Source of the DNA: a virus
Lineage: Duplodnaviria; Caudoviricetes
Length of the DNA: 40,065 nt
Strand: one strand, 5' to 3'
IMG/VR virus record: IMGVR_UViG_3300038336_000082
Coordinates: 1 to 40,065 of that record
In this document: one piece after another, positions 33,811-40,065 of the stretch
Layout of the letters: each line of letters begins with the position of its first letter
How positions within the stretch are numbered: the stretch's first letter is position 1
The notes under the pieces: model-generated
What the model saw: only the letters and a program-made list of their open reading frames with translations
The model's database searches: none
Told to the model about the DNA's origin: nothing
Program-made: the position numbers and the translations under genes

Positions 33811-35619
33811 TTATCCTGTCGCTTCCATTGTTTCTTGACCCTTGACCCATGACCCTTCAATAATCGCCCCGATCACCTCCTCCGCTTCGTTTACTGTGAT
33901 GCCTTGCTCGTATTTTTCGCGCAGTTCGTTATTCAGCGCCGGTGTGATGACACCGATCTCCGCGCGTAATTGCTTTAATAATTCGGTAAAGGATATGCGC
34001 CGCGTGGCAATGCCGCGCGAAATTTGGGATGCATCCACCGGCGTTGCTGTGTTAACCGGCAATTCAGGTTCTTTGATTTCCAGCGGTGTGCCTTTGCGTT
34101 CGATAAATTCGATGTTGCCGACTTTATCGGCGTGATTTCCGAAGACTTTAAGCGGCGACTCAAAGCCGACAGGCGGGGCCACGGCCATGCGTTTGTCGCC
34201 GGTGCCTTTCCATGTGATGCCCCAACTTTCAGCTTTGCCTTCCATTTCTGTTTTTGCTTTTTGCGTTTCGGTATACTTCGGTGTTTTGTATTCGCCGTAG
34301 GGCGTACCATTGCTCACTCTTCCATAGATGTCTTCAGGAATAGGCTCACACAGCCAGACGTTGCCGTTAAAATGTACTTCGACATTCGGGTATTCATAAG
34401 GATGCCGTACAACGTTGACTTTCTGGCCAGCAGCCATTGAATCAGGAATCTGATAGTGGCGATTGTCCACGCTGATCAGCCGCGATCCGTCCGCTATCCT
34501 GGTGATCGTCGGCTCTTTGATGAGCAGGCGGTAAAGTTCCTCTTCCGGGCACAGCCGCAGTTGCTGGGCCGTGATGTTTGACCACATGTTTGATCGGGGA
34601 GCGACGCCGCGCATTTTCTTTTCGGCATTGACCCATATGCACCAATCCAGCGCCCAGCGGTTAAGTTCATCCAATCCTGATGGACGCTGAAATTTGAGGC
34701 CGGATTCAAAGGTATTGATGTAATGCATCAGGCCTTCGATTGCGCCCTTCGCGCGCGGGTTGCCCGGCATGTGCAGTTGCAGATCGATTCTCAGGGCTTC
34801 CATGAGCGCCTGATTGGATTTTGCCGTGAGGATGGAACCTCGGTCGGATACGAGTATGAAGGGAACGCCGTGGAATTTGTATTGGCCGAGCTTCGCGCCG
34901 GATTCGCCGTTCCACGTTTTTTTTATAAGGTCGTCTTTGGGCCGCATGGCGCGGAAAAGAAAATCGGAGCCGTCCGCCGCACGTTCGCCGGACGCGTAAT
35001 AATAAAGGAAGAAAAAAGCCCCGGAGCAGTGATCAACCACGGCGTAGCGGAGGAGTTCTTTTTTGATTGGTTTGTCGCGCAGGGTCTTGACGATTTTGTT
35101 TTTGTACATGGTCATTTGGAGGTCGCGCTCACCCATGCCTTTTTTATCATCGAGAAAATATTGAAGGCAGTTGGTAACATCGAATTGCCAGACCTGATTC
35201 GGATGCTCGGAAAGCAGGCGCTGGTGCGGCGATGGCCGGAGTAAGTCTTTTGCCGATATTTGCTCTTCCCGGAGCCTCGCGACAAACCGGTTGGTGGAAA
35301 CACCGCCCGTCTCAATCCCGGAATCTTCCAGAATCATTTTTGCGTAGCAGGCTGGCAGGGGGATTTCGTTGGATGTGCGTCTGGATGTCAGCATAAGCGT
35401 TGATGCGTTGAGAAGAATCTCACGCGATGCGCTTGATTGACCTTTTGTTTTGCGCTCCTTCCGAAACCGAATCCCCCGCGCCGCCGCGTAACGATTGATG
35501 CTGGCCGGTGTGACACCGTAATGCGCTGCTAGTTTCTTTGTTTTTTGTGCAGCTTCTTTGGGCGTGAGGCCGCGCAGGCTTGATTCTACGTGGTTTAAAA
35601 TGGTTTCCGATACTGCCAT
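33811..35619 (-). CDS. DDE transposase (MuA analogue, integrase core)
   Basis: HPNQVWQFD, DHCSG, GVP....SDRGS and GNPRAKGAIE catalytic motifs. Confidence 0.93.
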   Translation of the reverse strand: MAVSETILNHVESSLRGLTPKEAAQKTKKLAAHYGVTPASINRYAAARGIRFRKERKTKGQSSASREILLNASTLMLTSRRTSNEIPLPACYAKMILEDSGIETGGVSTNRFVARLREEQISAKDLLRPSPHQRLLSEHPNQVWQFDVTNCLQYFLDDKKGMGERDLQMTMYKNKIVKTLRDKPIKKELLRYAVVDHCSGAFFFLYYYASGERAADGSDFLFRAMRPKDDLIKKTWNGESGAKLGQYKFHGVPFILVSDRGSILTAKSNQALMEALRIDLQLHMPGNPRAKGAIEGLMHYINTFESGLKFQRPSGLDELNRWALDWCIWVNAEKKMRGVAPRSNMWSNITAQQLRLCPEEELYRLLIKEPTITRIADGSRLISVDNRHYQIPDSMAAGQKVNVVRHPYEYPNVEVHFNGNVWLCEPIPEDIYGRVSNGTPYGEYKTPKYTETQKAKTEMEGKAESWGITWKGTGDKRMAVAPPVGFESPLKVFGNHADKVGNIEFIERKGTPLEIKEPELPVNTATPVDASQISRGIATRRISFTELLKQLRAEIGVITPALNNELREKYEQGITVNEAEEVIGAIIEGSWVKGQETMEATG

Positions 35620-35620
35620 A

Positions 35621-35770
35621 TCATTTACTCCGAGTGATTATTCGCGCTGGTTTTTTTCCATGCTTTTTTAATTCCGCAATGGCGTTATTTACGCTGAAGC
35701 CAGGCCAAACATGTTTTAATTCCCGGTTGCGGAAATCTAGGATCACTATATGAGGTCTTCTTTTTCCCAT
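35621..35770 (-). CDS. Small basic protein (49 aa, not in ORF track)
   Basis: MGKRRPHIVILDFRNRELKHVWPGF...ITRSK*; stop abuts the transposase start. Confidence 0.5.
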   Translation of the reverse strand: MGKRRPHIVILDFRNRELKHVWPGFSVNNAIAELKKHGKKPARIITRSK

Positions 35771-35791
35771 TCACTATTCACCCTTCACTGT

Positions 35792-36802
35792 TCACTTCTT
35801 GGTCTTCTTCGCCTTCCGCTCTTCCATCTTCGCCGCCACTTTCTTACCCATGCCCTTGCCCGCTGTCATGGGCAGGTTGTCGATAAGCACGTCGGTAGCA
35901 GGAAGTTCAAATTCGGAAATTTCCCAGGGAACCTCTTCTGCATTTTTGTATTCTTCATGCAGGCCCAGGCGCTCTTCCATCGTGACTTTGGACATGAATA
36001 TATAAAGGTAGTAGAGCTGACGCAGGACGACTTCCGGCGCTTTGTGCGGAATGATTTTTTTCTTGATGTCGGATACTGTGGTGAGGAAATCTTTTTGCAT
36101 CTGGATGAGCATGTCCACGCCTTCCTGCTCTTCCTCGGTGAGTTCGGATTTTTCGACCGTGCGCTCCAGGCGTTTTAGTTCGCGCTCCATTTTATTGATG
36201 GTGTCTTCCTTTGATTTAAGGAGGCGCTCTTTTGTGCGGAGCGTGGTGTCGGCCTCGTCTTTTTCTTTTTTGTGGTTCTCTTCGAGGGTCTCTATTAGGG
36301 ATTGAATCTCTTCGGCGTGTTCCTGATCGACCGGGATTGTTTCGCCATTATAGGTAATGGCATTTCCGTTAATTCCGGAGTTTACCTCCGCATTTGAATC
36401 ACCTAAATACTTGATTTTATTTAATGTGACTCCAGAAAACCGGAGGAAATCCTCCAGAAATTCGACTTTGAATGGCTTTAAATCTGCAAGCTGTTCATCA
36501 ATCCATCGGCGGTTTTCACCCACATATTCACAAAATTTTTCCCAGGACATATCAAAGAGATCACGATATGCTTTTGATTCCTTGATTTCTTTCATCTTTA
36601 ATAGATAAAAAAAGCCTGATTGTGATTTTTGAAATTTCAGAGTTTTAATAGAACCAGCACCCTCAAAAATTTTCGCTATTGCCGCTTCTTTATCTTTCTG
36701 TTTTTGTTCGGCTGTCTTTTCCATGTCGCGCTTTATTTTCTCAGTGCCTTCGGCATGCTTCTCCATTGCGTTGGTTAATAATTCCGCCTCTCGTTTTGAC
36801 AT
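35792..36802 (-). CDS. Early protein upstream of transposase (DUF3102-like, coiled coil)
   Basis: K..K.Y......WE.FC..VG motif; typical position in Mu-like phages. Confidence 0.65.
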   Translation of the reverse strand: MSKREAELLTNAMEKHAEGTEKIKRDMEKTAEQKQKDKEAAIAKIFEGAGSIKTLKFQKSQSGFFYLLKMKEIKESKAYRDLFDMSWEKFCEYVGENRRWIDEQLADLKPFKVEFLEDFLRFSGVTLNKIKYLGDSNAEVNSGINGNAITYNGETIPVDQEHAEEIQSLIETLEENHKKEKDEADTTLRTKERLLKSKEDTINKMERELKRLERTVEKSELTEEEQEGVDMLIQMQKDFLTTVSDIKKKIIPHKAPEVVLRQLYYLYIFMSKVTMEERLGLHEEYKNAEEVPWEISEFELPATDVLIDNLPMTAGKGMGKKVAAKMEERKAKKTKK

Positions 36803-37102
36803 TTATCTCTCCTCCAGTTCTGTTAATTTTTTATCAATGACATCTCTGTCGTTTAATAATTGCGCTATTTTCTTCGCCCGGAATCCCGCCATCTTCATTC
36901 CGATGATGTAGCCGTCACCGATCTTTTCAACCCAGCGCATTTCCGTCATCGTCCCGACCTGACGGAAACAACTATCAACGCTCAATCCGGTCGCGCGCGC
37001 TATATCCGTGACGCTGATCGGTTCCTTTGCGTCTCGAATGACTTCAAGAATTTGATCCGTCACCATGATCACTTCAATTTTTCTGCAACTCTTTGCCGCC
37101 AT
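36803..37102 (-). CDS. IclR-type HTH DNA-binding protein
   Basis: ISVTDIARATGLSVDSCFR.V.T......VEK motif; start refined using the AAGGAGG SD. Confidence 0.8.
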   Translation of the reverse strand: MAAKSCRKIEVIMVTDQILEVIRDAKEPISVTDIARATGLSVDSCFRQVGTMTEMRWVEKIGDGYIIGMKMAGFRAKKIAQLLNDRDVIDKKLTELEER

Positions 37103-37118
37103 CGCCATCGCCTCCTTA

Positions 37119-37316
37119 TTATTTAGTCTCAACGCCCATCAGCTTCACGAAGCCACGTTTATCCCGGAAGTAGTCACCCTTGCCCGGTTTGAAATGACAA
37201 ACAGCCACGGTGCTCTCCACCTCGACATCAATCGCCATGTCCGCTGGAAATTGTTTCAATGCTTTAATGAGTTCCCCGACATTCTTTGTTTCAATCGCGT
37301 TAATTATTTTCGACAT
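37119..37316 (-). CDS. Small hypothetical protein
   Basis: VGELIKALKQFP.DM motif; AAGGAG SD; the track's upstream extension overlaps the next gene. Confidence 0.6.
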   Translation of the reverse strand: MSKIINAIETKNVGELIKALKQFPADMAIDVEVESTVAVCHFKPGKGDYFRDKRGFVKLMGVETK

Positions 37317-37335
37317 CGCCATCTCTCCTTTTTTT

Positions 37336-37839
37336 TTAATTTGATTCGACCAGGGCTTTCTCCAGCCCTTTGAGTTCCTGATTTTTTTTTGTGATTTCTT
37401 CTTTGAGTAATCCGATGCGCGCGCGGACAACATCCTTGCCTTTGAGCGCTTTGTAATTGCCCGCCTCCGCCTGAATAAAAAGGATTTCCCAGTCGCCGGT
37501 GACAAAGCAAAACGCCGGAATTATTTCTCCAGGCATGCCCCATCGTTTATTGCCGTTAAAATCAATGCCTTCATTTGACAGATCGCGTGATTCCGCCGTC
37601 CAGCCGTCGAGCGTGCTTTTGGGCACCTCTATGCCGGTGAGTTTGTAAATCTCGGCGCAAAGATCTATGCGCCCTTTTCCGGGATTGTTTTTTACGTAAT
37701 TGTCAACTGCTTTAGAGGCGGCGTGGCGTAAACGCATGCCGATAGCCATACTGCCTGGACTTGGCGGTGAATCAGGCTCTAAAAGAGCAAATAAATTAGC
37801 CTGCTTTTCGTTGTCAATTTGTTTGTGTTTTTTTGACAT
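37336..37839 (-). CDS. Early regulatory protein (CII-like, tentative)
   Basis: STLDGWTAES and P...IPAFC..TG motifs; follows the Ner-like gene. Confidence 0.6.
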   Translation of the reverse strand: MSKKHKQIDNEKQANLFALLEPDSPPSPGSMAIGMRLRHAASKAVDNYVKNNPGKGRIDLCAEIYKLTGIEVPKSTLDGWTAESRDLSNEGIDFNGNKRWGMPGEIIPAFCFVTGDWEILFIQAEAGNYKALKGKDVVRARIGLLKEEITKKNQELKGLEKALVESN

Positions 37840-37877
37840 TGCATTCCTCGCTATTTTTGGTAAGATAAAATCAAAAT

Positions 37878-38138
37878 TTAAGCGGCCTTCCTGGGGAATA
37901 ATTCTTCCTCCGGTTTGCCGAGTTTCGCGGCTATTAGTTGCTTAATTTTTGCGATCTTTTTTCCGTTGCGGGCGACGCCCTTTTTATGCCCGCGAATAAC
38001 TTGCGATACGAGCGCTCCTGATGCTTCGGCCTCTTTCGCAATGTCTTGCAGTTCGATTTCGTCGCCTCTGAGGGCAAGTAATGATTTGATGTAGCGGTAT
38101 CTCTTTTGGTCGTCTTTGGTTAAGTGTTTTACTTTCAT
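37878..38138 (-). CDS. Ner/Cro-like HTH regulator
   Basis: IKSLL.LRG...L.DIA......LVSQVI.G...IA.KLG.P.EELFP; divergent from the repressor; start at ATG 38138. Confidence 0.8.
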   Translation of the reverse strand: MKVKHLTKDDQKRYRYIKSLLALRGDEIELQDIAKEAEASGALVSQVIRGHKKGVARNGKKIAKIKQLIAAKLGKPEEELFPRKAA

Positions 38139-38145
38139 GATTGAA

Positions 38146-38175
38146 CTTATAAACTGCAAAACGCAGTATTGTCAA
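38146..38175 (-). promoter_or_regulatory. Early promoter with an operator-like palindrome in the spacer
   Basis: TTGACA (38175-38170), 18 nt, TATAAG (38151-38146); ACTGC-N5-GCAGT at 38153-38167. Confidence 0.7.
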
Positions 38176-38191
38176 GGAAAAATATCGCAAT

Positions 38192-38803
38192 ATGCATTCT
38201 TTTTCTGAAATAGTTGAGAAGATTAAGGAATTAAAGGGGCTTAAACATGATTATGAAGTCGCTGAATTACTTAATATTAAACAAAATACCATCAGCACCA
38301 ATAAAAATAGAAATAGTATCTCAATTAAAAAAATTACTGCATTTTGCCATAAAGAGGGCATATCATTAAATTGGTTATTACATGATGAAGGGCCGATGAA
38401 AATCTCTACAAAAAATTATCCAGAGAATCATGGTTCTCTTAATACATATATGTTAAGTGAAAATAAAAAAAACTCCTATCCAGTTACTTCTCCATCAGGT
38501 TCTAATGATTCCGGTATTGAACCGTCTCTTCAAGCGATGTCAGATATCAAGGAAATTTTTGATTCTGGCGACCCTATTCTTATTCCCGCTATTCAGGCAA
38601 ACTTAAATGCGTTCAAACGTGCTCTTTTACGCGAACGACAATTCGCGCAGGTCATCGACGAAAATAAAGATTTAAGATCAAGGATTGTCAAACTGGAAAA
38701 TTTATGCAAATCTCTACAGGGAAAAGTAAATCGTCTCACGGCTACATATGAAGACCCAGAAGGAGATTCAAAGGATTGCTCAAATCACGATACCAAAAAA
38801 TAG
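38192..38803 (+). CDS. CI-like phage repressor (HTH plus C-terminal coiled coil)
   Basis: L....EVAELL.I...TIS..K.RNS...ISLNWLL..EG.M; divergent from early genes. Confidence 0.8.
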   Translation: MHSFSEIVEKIKELKGLKHDYEVAELLNIKQNTISTNKNRNSISIKKITAFCHKEGISLNWLLHDEGPMKISTKNYPENHGSLNTYMLSENKKNSYPVTSPSGSNDSGIEPSLQAMSDIKEIFDSGDPILIPAIQANLNAFKRALLRERQFAQVIDENKDLRSRIVKLENLCKSLQGKVNRLTATYEDPEGDSKDCSNHDTKK

Positions 38804-38846
38804 GGAATGTGATATATCTGAATTAATACAAATTGGATCATAAACC

Positions 38847-39383
38847 ATGAAAAAAATAATTATCTTTATTGTTTTGTTATTTTTATATTCTGGTGTCGTC
38901 AACGCCGAAGGAATGTTCCCTGGTTTAAATAAAAAGATAGAACATCACTCACTGGGCACCACCATTAAATCTGAAATATCTATTAAAAATATATTGCGCG
39001 AGGCTAACCTTGATTTTAAAGTAGAGGATGCTTTACCAAACGATGGGACACCTAGACGAATTATTACCGCGAAAAAAACTGGAGCTATTTTAAATATTAA
39101 TGGAAGGCCCGATGTGATTTCTTCTTTTGTTATTATTGTCCCTACTGATGACAATATCGTAAATCTTAATTCGCTCCTTGTAATGGGGGCCGCTTTAGAT
39201 ACTTTTTGCACCCATAATTCATCAGATGGTGGCAAATTGTTTTTACAAAAATATTCAAATTTTATCAGTAGTAATAAATTAAAATGTAATGGAATAGTTG
39301 GTAAGTGTAAGTATGAAATGATTCAAAGTGAAAAAAAAGCAAAAAGTCAATTATTTATAGTTACTTTTGAACCTAAAAATTAA
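38847..39383 (+). CDS. Exported hypothetical protein (moron)
   Basis: Sec signal MKKIIIFIVLLFLYSGVVNA; AT-rich DNA. Confidence 0.7.
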   Translation: MKKIIIFIVLLFLYSGVVNAEGMFPGLNKKIEHHSLGTTIKSEISIKNILREANLDFKVEDALPNDGTPRRIITAKKTGAILNINGRPDVISSFVIIVPTDDNIVNLNSLLVMGAALDTFCTHNSSDGGKLFLQKYSNFISSNKLKCNGIVGKCKYEMIQSEKKAKSQLFIVTFEPKN

Positions 39384-39398
39384 AATGTTTTTAAAAAG

Positions 39399-39923
39399 GT
39401 GACCATGAAAAAGTTTATATTATTAATTACTATATTTTTCTTTTGTTTTACGGCGCTCGTAACTGCAGAAGTGAAGAATGATAACGATTTATTAAAAATA
39501 CTCAACAATCCTAAAATTATAAAAGATAAATACTCACCCGATCCGAACGTTAAAATCATCAAAATGACTTTCACAAAAAAGGTATCTAATGAATGGGCCG
39601 ATATATGGGAGGTTGAAACAACATTGAAAAATTGTTATAAAATGAATGTTAGTTGTCATATATATGGTTCTTTTGAGTATAATGATGATTATTCTTATAA
39701 TAATGACATGGATGAGTCTTGGGGTGTGTTTAGTGGTTTGGCTATAAAAAAACAAGATATCTGGATTGATAAAGAAGTGATTAAAATAATGAAAAAAAAA
39801 GAAAAATATATTGACCTATTTAAGATAAGAATAACCTGTGATCCTATTTATTCTGAACATTCTAATGAATATTATGGTGGCCATAAATATTGGAAGCAAT
39901 TTGCACCGGGAAAATGTGAGTAA
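39399..39923 (+). CDS. Exported hypothetical protein (moron)
   Basis: Sec signal MKKFILLITIFFFCFTALVTA (likely start 39405); AT-rich DNA. Confidence 0.7.
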   Translation: MTMKKFILLITIFFFCFTALVTAEVKNDNDLLKILNNPKIIKDKYSPDPNVKIIKMTFTKKVSNEWADIWEVETTLKNCYKMNVSCHIYGSFEYNDDYSYNNDMDESWGVFSGLAIKKQDIWIDKEVIKIMKKKEKYIDLFKIRITCDPIYSEHSNEYYGGHKYWKQFAPGKCE

Positions 39924-39991
39924 AAAACCGCCCAAAATATTTTCTCTCAGATAATCAAAATAGATTTGATTAAGACCCGATATTAATTAAT

Positions 39992-40013
39992 TGTAAAGCA
40001 TCTGTAAAGCATC
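39992..40013. repeat. Subterminal 11-bp tandem direct repeat
   Basis: tgtaaagcatc x2 followed by a partial gtgtaag. Confidence 0.7.
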
Positions 40014-40019
40014 GTGTAA

Positions 40020-40065
40020 GTCACTTATCGTGATTTTGCATACTTAGTTATCACACCCCTCCACA
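40020..40065 (-). repeat. Terminal inverted repeat (repressor end)
   Basis: Reverse complement resembles positions 1-46; ends in CCACA. Confidence 0.85.

Larger units (their letters stand above)
1..40065 (-). mobile_element. Complete Mu-like transposable phage/prophage (contractile tail)
   Basis: TG...CA ends with inverted similarity; DDE transposase plus AAA ATPase; Gam, GemA, Mor; Mu-order head and tail genes. Confidence 0.96.

Noticed and set aside
1-40065. tRNA, rRNA, integrase or a recognisable defence/anti-CRISPR gene; host assignment
   Set aside because: None recognisable by eye. Spanins indicate a diderm host, but naming a taxon requires a database search.

Overview
The window is one apparently complete Mu-like transposable (pro)phage of 40,065 bp. 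It begins TGTGG and ends CCACA, with imperfect terminal inverted repeats and no flanking host DNA. Nearly all genes are on the minus strand. From the right end the order is: two AT-rich exported morons and a repressor (plus strand), Ner/Cro-like regulator, early genes, DDE transposase, MuB-like AAA ATPase, Gam, GemA/gp16, Mor/C activator, lysis genes, terminase, a fused portal-gpF, head genes, contractile tail, baseplate, tail fibre, and a D12-class adenine methyltransferase in the mom position. No Gin invertase or Com gene is visible. Unusual points: (1) a four-gene cassette between Mu gp35 and gp36 homologues, built around a 1003-aa protein of roughly 50 DxGxGxD repeats, a candidate ruler-templated head/neck filament system; (2) a hydrophobic leader ending LLSQRG on the capsid decoration protein, echoed by LVSDRG in a cassette protein; (3) gene junctions filled with several families of short repeats (10 GTGAANN heptamer tracts, 8 dRS3/RPE-like palindromes, 3 CCCCTCAAGGG elements, 1 GTAG REP) that supply stops, starts and RBSs and are sometimes in-frame within proteins; (4) a +1/-2 tail-chaperone frameshift; (5) a remodelled baseplate J; (6) structured leaders upstream of the methyltransferase and the endolysin. 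All product calls rest on motif recognition and Mu synteny; no database search was run.
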